Shown one piece after another: positions 9,547-18,045 of a stretch of 44,004 nt of DNA. Below the pieces are notes generated by a model, which had not been told where the DNA came from, made no database searches, and saw nothing but the letters and a program-made list of their open reading frames with translations. The position numbers were made by a program, and so were the translations under genes. Position 1 is the stretch's first letter, and each line of letters starts with the position of its first letter. The DNA comes from a virus. Its lineage: Duplodnaviria; Caudoviricetes. The stretch lies in IMG/VR virus record IMGVR_UViG_3300017648_000002, positions 1 to 44,004 of that record. One strand, 5' to 3'.

Positions 9547-9837
9547 GTGGTTCAGGTACACGATCAGATCGACGAGTATCTCACCCGTCTCCAGGAGCTG
9601 GCTCACGCTCGGAGCCATGTCGATCGCTTCTATCTGTTCATGGGAGATGATCGTCTCGCGGATCTTGAGTACGAGCTGGCGAATTCCGACCGGGCAGACG
9701 CCTTCTACAACCGACTGCTTGACCTGTATCGAGCATGGAAGGCTGAGATGAGTCCCGCTCAATGGGCTGAGGTCGTTGCCCACAATGATGCGCTCAACGG
9801 AGCGAACCAGAACGCGCTTATTGACGAGCTTGCGTGA
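9547..9837 (+). CDS. Hypothetical acidic helical protein between the R and M genes
   Basis: GTG start with a GAGAGGA SD; 96 aa. Confidence 0.55.
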   Translation: MVQVHDQIDEYLTRLQELAHARSHVDRFYLFMGDDRLADLEYELANSDRADAFYNRLLDLYRAWKAEMSPAQWAEVVAHNDALNGANQNALIDELA

Positions 9838-9845
9838 ACCGGGTC

Positions 9846-10868
9846 TCAGTCTGCGACAGCAAGTTCGCGTGCCTCGGCTCTGATGAACGCATCCTTGATC
9901 GCTCGACCGACCGCCTCTGCAACTGGTGGAGGGAAGGCGTTGCCGACCTGACGGTACGCGGGAGTCTTCTTGCCAAAGAATTGCCAGTCTGGTGGGAAGC
10001 CTTGAATGATCGCAGCCATTCGAACAGTTAGCTGTGGCATGCCCTCGTGATCTGCTCCAGGGGGTACATCAGCGATCCGGTTGCCATCGACTCCCAGTCG
10101 CATCCATGCCTGCCTCGCTCTGGTTGGGCCGAGATCAGGTCCGCCGTGCTTTTTCGATCCACCAACAATCGTCGGGGCGATATCACATGCCCCACGTGCC
10201 CACTCCGACGCACCCTGCCAACCGTCCTGCGCCATTTCGTCATGGAGCGCCTCGCCAACAGTCGGCGGTCGCAGAAGCCGATCAGGGTTTTCATCAGGCC
10301 ACTGGAAATGCTCAAGGTCGGTGTCGCGCATGGCGATCAAAATCGTTCGAGGTCGCAGTTGTGGAACACCGAACATCGAGGCATTCAGTAGTCTCCAGCG
10401 TGGCTCGTATCCGTACTCACGCAACTGCGCATCAATGCGCTCACGGTAATGGTCAAACCGCGGGCTCAGCAATCCACGCACGTTTTCAAGCATGACCGCA
10501 CGAGGCTGGCATTCTGCAACAAGGCGAAGAGCCTGGGGAAACAGATCCCGTTCATCAAGGTCACCGAGTTGTTTGCCTGCAACGGAAAAGGGCGGACAGG
10601 GAACGCCACCAGCCAGTAAGTCAACGTCGCGGAAGTACGGACGAGCTGAGAAGTGGTGGATATCACCGGCGTAGGGGTTGTCAAGTGTCGGGGGACCGAT
10701 GACATTCCACTCAGGTCGATTGTTGCGTAATGTCTGGCAGGCGTGAGGGTCAATCTCTACCAAAGCCAGATGCTGGAAGCCTGCTCGCTCCAGTCCAAGT
10801 GCCTGCCCACCGGCGCCAGCACAGATCTCGATCGAGGTGTACTCCGGCTCGTGGCTACCAAGCGCCAT
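9846..10868 (-). CDS. DNA cytosine-5 methyltransferase (M.NaeI/NgoMIV-like, probably GCCGGC)
   Basis: Motif I (ICAGAGG), IV (GGVPCPPFS), VI (ENVRG), VIII (QLRPR), X (QVGNA); TRD 'APTIVGGSKKHGGPDLGPTRAR'. Confidence 0.92.
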   Translation of the reverse strand: MALGSHEPEYTSIEICAGAGGQALGLERAGFQHLALVEIDPHACQTLRNNRPEWNVIGPPTLDNPYAGDIHHFSARPYFRDVDLLAGGVPCPPFSVAGKQLGDLDERDLFPQALRLVAECQPRAVMLENVRGLLSPRFDHYRERIDAQLREYGYEPRWRLLNASMFGVPQLRPRTILIAMRDTDLEHFQWPDENPDRLLRPPTVGEALHDEMAQDGWQGASEWARGACDIAPTIVGGSKKHGGPDLGPTRARQAWMRLGVDGNRIADVPPGADHEGMPQLTVRMAAIIQGFPPDWQFFGKKTPAYRQVGNAFPPPVAEAVGRAIKDAFIRAEARELAVAD

Positions 10869-11064
10869 TGCATGCCTCGCTTCAATAGAACGTCATGCGT
10901 GTCCGTAACCCGCGTACGTACGATAGAACAAAATTCTACACGTAGTATAGCACGAACGGATGTGCTAATTGCTAAGGTAGTCCACTAGACGCACGACTTT
11001 CCTTTCACGTATACTGAGGCTGAACGTACAGAACAGATGATCTCATTGTGATCGGAGGCGACTC

Positions 11065-11559
11065 ATGGCGCGCAAGGTCTTCTACAGCTTTCACTACAAG
11101 GCTGACAGTTGGCGGGTCGCTAAAGTGAAAAACATAGGCGCGATCGAGGGTCAGCCCGTGCTGACAGCAAATAAGTGGGAAGAGGTGGCTAGCAAGGGAG
11201 ACGCGGCAATCAAGAAGTGGATCGACGACAACATGCGAGGCAAGAGCTGCAATATCGTCCTCATCGGGAGCGAGACAGCCAGCCGTCCGTGGGTGGACTA
11301 TGAGATCAGATCAGCCTGGGACAACCGCAAAGGCGTGGTTGGTATCTACATTCATAACCTAACGGATCAGAACGGCGACACAGCCAGAATGGGAGCCAAT
11401 CCGTTCTCGAGCATCTCCTTAAAGGATGGTCGTAACCTGAGCTCAATCGTCAAGACATACAATCCTGCGGGTATGACGAGCGACGCGGTATATCGAACCA
11501 TCGCGGAAAACATCGAGGTTTGGGTGGAGGAAGCGATCTTCATTCGCAACAGCGCGTGA
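11065..11559 (+). CDS. ThsB-like (MTH538/DUF1863) TIR domain protein
   Basis: 'RKVFYSFHY..DSWR...WEEV...IKKWIDDNM.GKSC.IVLIG.ETA.RPWVDYEI' with the catalytic Glu. Confidence 0.88.
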   Translation: MARKVFYSFHYKADSWRVAKVKNIGAIEGQPVLTANKWEEVASKGDAAIKKWIDDNMRGKSCNIVLIGSETASRPWVDYEIRSAWDNRKGVVGIYIHNLTDQNGDTARMGANPFSSISLKDGRNLSSIVKTYNPAGMTSDAVYRTIAENIEVWVEEAIFIRNSA

Positions 11560-11561
11560 GC

Positions 11562-11969
11562 ATGCCGGTGGAGCGCATCAAGCATCTGGAGTTCATCCAG
11601 GCTGTTATTGCACGCCAAGCCGCCAACTCATTCACTGTACGAGGATGGTCGCTGACCGTCTCGGCAGCCATTTACGCCTACGTGGCAGCCAACCTGAGCT
11701 TTTGGCTAGCGCTCATCGCACTGTTACCTGGCGTCGCTTTCGGCTGGATCGACGCATATTACCTTCGCCAAGAACGTCTTTTCCGAGAGCTTTACCAAGA
11801 CGCCATCAAGCCAGACACCTCGGTCTCGATGTTCTCCATGGACACGTCACAGTATTGCAACTCTTCTCGCTGCACCTACTGGTCAGCGATCAAATCAAAC
11901 CCTTTGATGGTGATGCATGGCGTCATCGTTATTATCGGGGTTGTTCTACTCGGGGTTGCGATCTTCTAG
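11562..11969 (+). CDS. Multi-TM membrane protein, candidate effector of the TIR
   Basis: 'RIKHLEFIQAVIARQAANSFTVRGW', about 3 hydrophobic segments and 'DAYYLRQERLFRELY'; starts 2 nt after the TIR stop. Confidence 0.75.
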   Translation: MPVERIKHLEFIQAVIARQAANSFTVRGWSLTVSAAIYAYVAANLSFWLALIALLPGVAFGWIDAYYLRQERLFRELYQDAIKPDTSVSMFSMDTSQYCNSSRCTYWSAIKSNPLMVMHGVIVIIGVVLLGVAIF

Positions 11970-12398
11970 AGCTTCGGTTCGGCAGTAGCCACGGATAGCA
12001 TCTGCAACATCTTCTAGGATTTGCTCGGGAGTTGGCGTTTTTGGTGGCCAGATATCACCGACAGCGTCATCTCCCCAACGAGGCACAAGATGGATATGTA
12101 AATGCATCACTGTTTGGGTGGCGACCTCCCCCACCGAGGAAATCAGATTCATCCCTTCCGGCTTCAGCACTGCACGAAGCGCCCGTCCCACTCGTAGGAC
12201 GCTCGTACCGAGCTCAGGAATATCAGCAGGGTTAAGTTCCAGGAAATTCTCGATGTGGCGCTTCGGGATCACCATCGTGTGTCCACGTGTCGCCGGTTCG
12301 AGTGGAAAGAAGGCGAGCGTGTGCTCAGTCTCATAAACAACCTCAGCAGGAATCTCTCGATTCACGATTCGACAGAAGTCACAATCATGGATGCTCAC
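11946..12398 (-). CDS. HIT family nucleotide hydrolase
   Basis: 'CDFCRIV', 'GHTMVIPKRH', 'QTVMHLHIHLVPR' histidine triad. Confidence 0.92.
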   Translation of the reverse strand: MSIHDCDFCRIVNREIPAEVVYETEHTLAFFPLEPATRGHTMVIPKRHIENFLELNPADIPELGTSVLRVGRALRAVLKPEGMNLISSVGEVATQTVMHLHIHLVPRWGDDAVGDIWPPKTPTPEQILEDVADAIRGYCRTEALEDRNPE

Positions 12399-12461
12399 CA
12401 GTTGCCCTCGATTCCGCCTCTCATCTAACGTGCCGGTGGGGTGTTTAACTCGATCGTCGTG

Positions 12462-12758
12462 CTACTTTGAGTCTTGCTCGCCGGAGTCTGACTCCACAGA
12501 AGAAACCTTATCTTCTTCAGCAAGTGTAACTACGTGCTTTCGTGCGTGGCTCTTGAGACCGTTTGCGGTTTTTGCCACGAAATCGCACTGATCACAACTG
12601 AGTGCTTGTGAGGTAGCGTCTTCAGGCGTCACATCTGGTGTGGTGACTTCCTGCCCTACTGGTTGTGTGACGTCTTCGACAGCGCTAGCCGGTCTGACCG
12701 GTTCAGACATTCTGCGGTTGGTTTCCTCAACTGTTGGTATGTTGGTTTGTTCACTCAT
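12462..12758 (-). CDS. Acidic protein with a C2H2 zinc finger
   Basis: CDQCDFVAKTANGLKSHARKH. Confidence 0.65.
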   Translation of the reverse strand: MSEQTNIPTVEETNRRMSEPVRPASAVEDVTQPVGQEVTTPDVTPEDATSQALSCDQCDFVAKTANGLKSHARKHVVTLAEEDKVSSVESDSGEQDSK

Positions 12759-13147
12759 TTATCCTCACCTCCCCCACTTGCTTGCTTTGGTTCTGGTTTC
12801 TCGATCTGAACGACACCCTTACGCTGGAGCTTGAGTACCTCACTGGGTGCGCCCACGATCTTGTCGACGAGCTCGAACAGGTACTGACCCATCTTGTACA
12901 TGCCAGCGTTCTCGGCAATCTGCGTCTCGGCCGTCGTGACCTTTGTTACCGTGCTGGTATCGCTCGTAGTCGTCTCCTCAAAGGTACGGATACGGTTTTC
13001 AACGAGCACCGTCTTAATCTGCTCCATCTGATCGCGGATCTCGGTCTCGATCAGCTTCCAGCCTGGCATGGTAAGTACCGCCTCGACCTCACGCGCCTCC
13101 CGAGTGAGCTGGTCAAACTGACTGGCTGGCATAGTCGTCTTGGCCAT
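12755..13147 (-). CDS. Hypothetical head-module protein downstream of the portal
   Basis: 130 aa, coupled to the portal stop; 'PGWKLIE' pattern. Confidence 0.6.
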   Translation of the reverse strand: MAKTTMPASQFDQLTREAREVEAVLTMPGWKLIETEIRDQMEQIKTVLVENRIRTFEETTTSDTSTVTKVTTAETQIAENAGMYKMGQYLFELVDKIVGAPSEVLKLQRKGVVQIEKPEPKQASGGGEDK

Positions 13148-15222
13148 CAGAGCATCCCTCCTTGAGCAAGCAGTGGATCAATGACTGGTGGCATTCCTGG
13201 TGGTGTTGGCGGTGCGCCTTGCGGTAGCTGCTGGATCATGCCCAACTCATCAACTGGCGCATTGCCCGGCAATCCTCCAGGCAGAGGCGGTTGTGCGCCA
13301 ACTGGCAAGCCAGTCAGTGGGTCGATCTGCGGTTGTGGTTGTGGCTGTCTGGGATCAGGGATGCCATCTACATTGTTGCTCGGCGTTGGCATCTTGCTTT
13401 CTGCCAAGCGCTCCAGGAGTTCTGGGTCGGCGGCAAGCTTCCAGCGCTTGTGGGCCTTGATGTGTTCCATGTAGCGGGCTAGTGCCTCCTGATCGAGTTG
13501 CCCCGCCAGGATCTCGTACTGGTGAATCTTGATGTGCTGATCGTGGTTATCAGAAGGCTGGCACTCGACTGGTGTGCCCTTCTTGAGCAGGTCGTTTTCC
13601 TCCTGTGCCTCGCCAACATCATCAGGCACGATCTCATCCAGATCAGTCATACCCATCGTGTCGATCGTTTCCTTCCAGATCGGCACAGCGTTGATCTTGA
13701 CTCGTTGCTCCCTATCCGCAAGCTCTTTGAGCTGCATGAGGTTTTGCGCACGGATCAATGGGTTTTTCGGTAAGGATGACTGCGGGATGATGATCGGATC
13801 AAAGGCCGCTGACACCTCATCCGGCTTGATCTCCAAGTGGTTGTAGCCATGCCTGCCTGAGATTGTCACGATCTGCTCTGAGGTGATGTACTGCTTATTG
13901 AGCGCCAGGAAGTGACGGGCTATCCGCTTGATACCAACCTGTTCGAGCAGATTGACGAACAGCTTGAGATTCTCGTCGATGTTCTGTTGCTCCAGCTGGA
14001 GGAATGCAGCGCCACGTGTGCCCCGTGCAGCTTCACCCATCGTCAGCTGATCGGTCACTCCTGTCGTGCGCTGGATCATCTTCTCAAAGCGCCCCATCAT
14101 GACTTCTGAGGTGCCGGTGACATCCCCGTGCTTGACCGGGGTAACCTCGCCGTGGATCAGTCCGTTAGGGCGTGAGATCAGATCCCACTCGGGTATTGGC
14201 TTACCACCCGTCTGAATCCACATGTTGTTGATCTGCTGACTGGCATTGGTGAAGTACTGGTTCATCGTGCTGTTGAGACCGATCTGGAGATCCTCGATCG
14301 GCTGAACGACACCTGGAGTCCAGAACTCATCATCTTCAGGGAAGAACTGGAGGTCAGCAAACGGATACTCGCCGTGATAGTCGGGGTTGTCCTCGTCGCG
14401 GATTAAGAAATCATCGTGCCCTGCGATCTTCTCGCGGAACTTGCCCGTTTCCTTGTCCATGAGCAGCAGCACCTCAAGGACGCCGGTTTTCCAGCGTTCA
14501 TTCTTGCCAACGCTGTCATCAGCCTTCTGATGATCGGCACCGTACTCAGCGTAGGTGACGAACCAGTCGCGTTTCTTGAGCTCTGCAAGGTAGCGGTATG
14601 GGCCGTCTTTTTCCGTCCCACCACGAGCGATGTTCTCGGCAATCAGCTTGGGGATCGTGGTGTAGTAACGGTGAACCACCCAGGGTTGCTGTTGAAACTC
14701 GGGGATGTTGCGGTTGGCAACGAACATATCAAAGACTCGAACGTTAGCCAGGTCTGCGCGATTGATGCGCGGTGCGATCAAGATCTCGCGTTTGGTATTG
14801 CCCTTCTCGTCTTCCTCAAGAATGCGACGCTCTTTCTGGTACTTCCAGCCGGTGCGGACAAAGCCCCGACCGTACATCGCTGTCTGGTAGACCCAGCGCG
14901 CCACTTTGAGAAACAGATCAACTTCCTGAAACTCCCACTCAAGCAGTGCCTTATTGACGCGGGTTTTGGGCCGCTCTGATTCATTCCAGGCCTGCAGATT
15001 CACTCCGACGTTACCTGAGGTGATCCGACTCACAAACGAGCGCACGGTGGCAAACACCATCGGGTTAAAGAACTTGTAATCCCATGGATAGTCGGCGTTC
15101 TCTGGGATCTTGGAGTTCCACAGCGTCTTGTAGCGCAGGAAGTCTTCAAACAGCGCTGTTTGCTGGTCACGGGCGAAGGTAAAACGTTGCTCGATCGAGG
15201 ATGCTAGTCGGTCTTTGGCCAT
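13147..15222 (-). CDS. Portal protein (P22-like)
   Basis: About 691 aa after the terminase genes; 'YGRGFVRTGW', 'IEDLQ..LN', 'TGVTD..MG', DNHDQHI motif and P/Q-rich tail; start MAKDRL placed 7 nt after the promoter motif. Confidence 0.85.
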   Translation of the reverse strand: MAKDRLASSIEQRFTFARDQQTALFEDFLRYKTLWNSKIPENADYPWDYKFFNPMVFATVRSFVSRITSGNVGVNLQAWNESERPKTRVNKALLEWEFQEVDLFLKVARWVYQTAMYGRGFVRTGWKYQKERRILEEDEKGNTKREILIAPRINRADLANVRVFDMFVANRNIPEFQQQPWVVHRYYTTIPKLIAENIARGGTEKDGPYRYLAELKKRDWFVTYAEYGADHQKADDSVGKNERWKTGVLEVLLLMDKETGKFREKIAGHDDFLIRDEDNPDYHGEYPFADLQFFPEDDEFWTPGVVQPIEDLQIGLNSTMNQYFTNASQQINNMWIQTGGKPIPEWDLISRPNGLIHGEVTPVKHGDVTGTSEVMMGRFEKMIQRTTGVTDQLTMGEAARGTRGAAFLQLEQQNIDENLKLFVNLLEQVGIKRIARHFLALNKQYITSEQIVTISGRHGYNHLEIKPDEVSAAFDPIIIPQSSLPKNPLIRAQNLMQLKELADREQRVKINAVPIWKETIDTMGMTDLDEIVPDDVGEAQEENDLLKKGTPVECQPSDNHDQHIKIHQYEILAGQLDQEALARYMEHIKAHKRWKLAADPELLERLAESKMPTPSNNVDGIPDPRQPQPQPQIDPLTGLPVGAQPPLPGGLPGNAPVDELGMIQQLPQGAPPTPPGMPPVIDPLLAQGGML

Positions 15223-15229
15223 ATGTTTG

Positions 15230-15259
15230 ATTGTAGAGGGGTACAAGCCCATCGTTAAC
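15230..15259 (-). promoter_or_regulatory. Late promoter motif GTTAAC-N18-TACAAT, leaderless portal ATG 7 nt downstream
   Basis: Conserved spacing; its TAA is the stop codon of the sigma4-like gene. Confidence 0.8.
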
Positions 15260-15791
15260 GCTTGAAGATCCCCTCCTCACTGATGCCAGCCTTCTTGAGC
15301 ACCGCCTGCATGCGCTTCATCGTCATGCGTACCATCGCCTTGTTAAAGCCCCAGATCGAGGCGATGTCCTCATAGCGAAAGGCAAAGCCTTGCTCGCGCA
15401 GATAGAGCATCAGCGTGATGACACGATAGCGATCCTTGGGTAGTGTCTTGAGGACAAACAGGAGTGTGTCTTCCTTGCCTGCATCAGCCATGACCCCATC
15501 TTCAGTGCCAAACTCGATCTGATCCTCAGCATCAACGCCACCTGCCTCCATCTGGGAGAACGTCACCGTGCTGGGCAGGTCCTCAAAGCGCAGTACTCGA
15601 CTTGAGGCAGGGACTCCCAGCATCTGTTTGTAATCGAAAAAGCAGTAGGAGTGAACGGTGCCATCAGCACTCTCGGTGTCAAGACGCAGGTGCGCCGGAA
15701 ACGAGTGTCCGCATACATCACAGACCCTGTTATCAGGATGATTGATAGCTGTCGTGAAGACACCTGTACCGAGTCGGTAACGGGCTTTCAC
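15255..15791 (-). CDS. Putative late transcription activator: N-terminal CxxC/H/C Zn-binding region plus C-terminal sigma70 region-4-like HTH
   Basis: 'LKTLPKDRYRVITLMLYL..QGF.FRYEDIASIWGFNKAMVRMTMKRMQAVLK' follows the sigma4 pattern (LP.R.R.VI.L.Y....Y.EIA..LG.....V....R....L). Confidence 0.6.
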   Translation of the reverse strand: MKARYRLGTGVFTTAINHPDNRVCDVCGHSFPAHLRLDTESADGTVHSYCFFDYKQMLGVPASSRVLRFEDLPSTVTFSQMEAGGVDAEDQIEFGTEDGVMADAGKEDTLLFVLKTLPKDRYRVITLMLYLREQGFAFRYEDIASIWGFNKAMVRMTMKRMQAVLKKAGISEEGIFKR

Positions 15792-16450
15792 GCTCCCCTC
15801 CTTCCCGCAACAAAGCTCTTCTCTGGCTTGTACCAGGCTGGTGGCGTGAGTGAGGCTGGTAGCTGTGGTCTCTCTGCGAGCTGATACAACTGCCAGGCGA
15901 TTGCCAGTGCCATCACGAGGTCATCATGGGCACCAGACTCAGCCTGTGCCTTCCATGAGGATGAGGTCTTGACCACAACAAATGCGAAGAGTTCCTCGAT
16001 CGTGCGTCGGTCATACAGTCCAGTGATCAACTGCTTGTCGATCGCCTCCTTGAGATCTGCGAGCATCTTGGGGCGAGTTGCCGTGTTGGTATCCCAGCCC
16101 AGACGCTTGGTCTCCTCAGTCTGCACATTCCCATAGGTCGGCATCTGGAAGACATCAAACTTCCCCAATCGGTTAAGAGCAGCCAAGCGCTCCATCTCAA
16201 ATAAACCTCCGTTTGAACGTTCATACGCGACCATCGGAGGAAGACCTGTCGTGTCGTAGAGTGTCTCAAGCACCGGATAGAGCTCGTTGGTCATCGTGGT
16301 GGCAAGAGTCTTTGAGTGGTAGACGAGTGGCACGTCGAGCTTGTCGACGGAGAGGAACTGAGCGGTGCAGTAGTCTGCTCCACCAGCTGCGGTGTCCCCG
16401 CCTACGACGAGGAACTCATTCGATTCAATTTTTCGATACTGCCTAAACAC
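15788..16450 (-). CDS. Terminase large subunit, nuclease (RNase H-like) domain as a separate gene
   Basis: 'VVGGDTAAG.ADY', 'YERSNGG', 'LGWDTN..TRP', 'HDDLVMALAIA'; GTG start with an AAGGAGG SD. Confidence 0.85.
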   Translation of the reverse strand: MFRQYRKIESNEFLVVGGDTAAGGADYCTAQFLSVDKLDVPLVYHSKTLATTMTNELYPVLETLYDTTGLPPMVAYERSNGGLFEMERLAALNRLGKFDVFQMPTYGNVQTEETKRLGWDTNTATRPKMLADLKEAIDKQLITGLYDRRTIEELFAFVVVKTSSSWKAQAESGAHDDLVMALAIAWQLYQLAERPQLPASLTPPAWYKPEKSFVAGRRGA

Positions 16451-16637
16451 GGCCCTCCTTCCGAAGTTCTTCAAGCAACTCTTTGATGCTGTATCTCTTG
16501 GTCACGTACGTCATCGGCTTACTCCAGTCGTATTTCACGATCTGGCCGTTCGGAAGTACACCAACGTTCCTGCACCCCTTGCCCCTGTAGCGCTTCACCC
16601 CAAGCACCCAGTTGTGGAGGCGATTACGCAAGGTCAT
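16443..16637 (-). CDS. Small basic hypothetical protein between the terminase halves
   Basis: 64 aa; ATGA overlap with the ATPase stop; GGAGG SD. Confidence 0.55.
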   Translation of the reverse strand: MTLRNRLHNWVLGVKRYRGKGCRNVGVLPNGQIVKYDWSKPMTYVTKRYSIKELLEELRKEGRV

Positions 16638-17437
16638 GCGTAGACCACCCCCTCCCCTATCGGCTCACGAGCAGCGCCCAGATAAGCACTGAGACTCTCG
16701 GTATCAAAGAATGTGTCGCCCGATGTGAGAAAGGCCTCTTCTGCCGTCATTGGGTACTCCTGCTTGAACAGACGTCCCAGCTCGCCTTTCTTCTGCTCGA
16801 GAAACTCCGTGCTGTACTCCCAGGTCGGGTTGTAGAAGTGGTCCTTGAATGGTCGCTCTCCACGCCTGGTCTCATCCCAGAACGTCTTGAAGAAGTTGAA
16901 GCCGTTGGCGGTGGTCTCGATGAACACCTTGCCATCAGGGATCACTGCTTGCAGGACACCCGACAGGATGGCCTCTGGATTGGGGTAGAACGCAAACTCG
17001 GAGAGATGGAGGTTGGTGATCGTATCGCCTCGACCGAACGACTTACTCTCAGCTGTTCCGATGTAGAAGGTGGAGTTGGTCAGCTCATTGACGATCTCAG
17101 AGCGGGAGTTGTACTTCATCGGGATCTTGATCTTGTTGCGTGCCTCAAAGCTGGCCAGGTAGAACTTGACCCGGTCCATCAGACGCTGGGTAGCATCGGT
17201 CTCGTGGGAGACCACCACACAGCGCTGGTTTTCTTTGAAGATGAAGTCGGTGGTGAGGATGGCAAGGATCAGACTAGAGAATCCCAGTTGGCGGGCTTTG
17301 AGAATGATGTCTCGACCCGTGCCGTGCTTGAGGAAGTCAGCTTGTGCCCGGTTCAGCATAAACGAACGTTTATTCCCTGATTTGTCGATCAGGTCATACT
17401 CGTTCTCGATCGGTCGTTGATAGTTACTCCAGCTCAT
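16634..17437 (-). CDS. Terminase large subunit, ATPase domain
   Basis: Q-motif 'LNRAQ', Walker A 'ILKARQLGFS', Walker B 'LHLSEFAF', motif III 'ETTANG', 'FKQEYP...EAF'. Confidence 0.9.
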   Translation of the reverse strand: MSWSNYQRPIENEYDLIDKSGNKRSFMLNRAQADFLKHGTGRDIILKARQLGFSSLILAILTTDFIFKENQRCVVVSHETDATQRLMDRVKFYLASFEARNKIKIPMKYNSRSEIVNELTNSTFYIGTAESKSFGRGDTITNLHLSEFAFYPNPEAILSGVLQAVIPDGKVFIETTANGFNFFKTFWDETRRGERPFKDHFYNPTWEYSTEFLEQKKGELGRLFKQEYPMTAEEAFLTSGDTFFDTESLSAYLGAAREPIGEGVVYA

Positions 17438-17798
17438 ACTCCTTGCGTTTGTCGGTGATCACCGTGTTGTTCTGAATGAGTGTCGTGGGCTGGGGCTTGA
17501 AGTCTGGATGGCGATTCTTGAGGTAGAAGATGACGGCTGTCATGTCCCCACTTGAGGCCTTATTGATCAGCACGTCGCGGATATCATCGTTGAGTTCTGA
17601 CTCAGCCTGGACCACCTCGTCGAGGAAGCTGGGGTCATCCTCAAGCCATTTGTAGTAGGTGGTGCGGGAAATGCCAGCTATCTGACATGATTGGGTGATG
17701 TGCCCGAAGAGCTGACGATAGGCCTCGACAAACTTCTGCTTTTTAACTGCGTTCAGTTTGTCTACTGCAGACTGATGCTGAGTGACCGTGTTGGGCAT
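17424..17798 (-). CDS. Terminase small subunit (HTH)
   Basis: 'KFVEAY...ITQSCQIAGISRTTYYKW..DP.F...GDMTAVIFYLKNR'; directly upstream of the TerL ATPase gene. Confidence 0.8.
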   Translation of the reverse strand: MPNTVTQHQSAVDKLNAVKKQKFVEAYRQLFGHITQSCQIAGISRTTYYKWLEDDPSFLDEVVQAESELNDDIRDVLINKASSGDMTAVIFYLKNRHPDFKPQPTTLIQNNTVITDKRKEYELE

Positions 17799-17809
17799 AG
17801 GGTAACTAC

Positions 17810-17838
17810 ATTGTAGCGAGTGTTATGTCATGTTGCAA
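17810..17838 (-). promoter_or_regulatory. sigma70-type promoter TTGCAA-N17-TACAAT for the terminase operon
   Basis: Consensus-like boxes with 17 bp spacing. Confidence 0.6.
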
Positions 17839-18045
17839 CTACCACCACGTCTCAAGCACGCGATGCTCACGCTTATAGGCAATCTCACAGGACTTGTTGC
17901 AGTAGTAGTGGGTCTGTCCCATCCGCTTGCGGTGCAGGGGCTTTGCCTGAGTGGTTCCACAGTGTGCGCAGGTGATCGTAAACGTTTGTTGGTTGCCTCT
18001 AATCTTCATCTGTTGGTAGGTTGCGTTCCCAATGCCTGGCGTCAA
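17839..18045 (-). CDS. Small Zn-finger protein (CxxC...YCxxxC)
   Basis: CAHCG...YYCNKSC; start codon uncertain. Confidence 0.5.
   Translation of the reverse strand: MTPGIGNATYQQMKIRGNQQTFTITCAHCGTTQAKPLHRKRMGQTHYYCNKSCEIAYKREHRVLETWW

Noticed and set aside
16451-16636. TGA recoding (code 4/25) fusing the two terminase halves, since all in-frame stops between them are TGA
   Set aside because: Many genes end on TGA with ATGA coupling, both the 64 aa ORF and the nuclease gene have their own SDs, and long ORFs are intact under code 11
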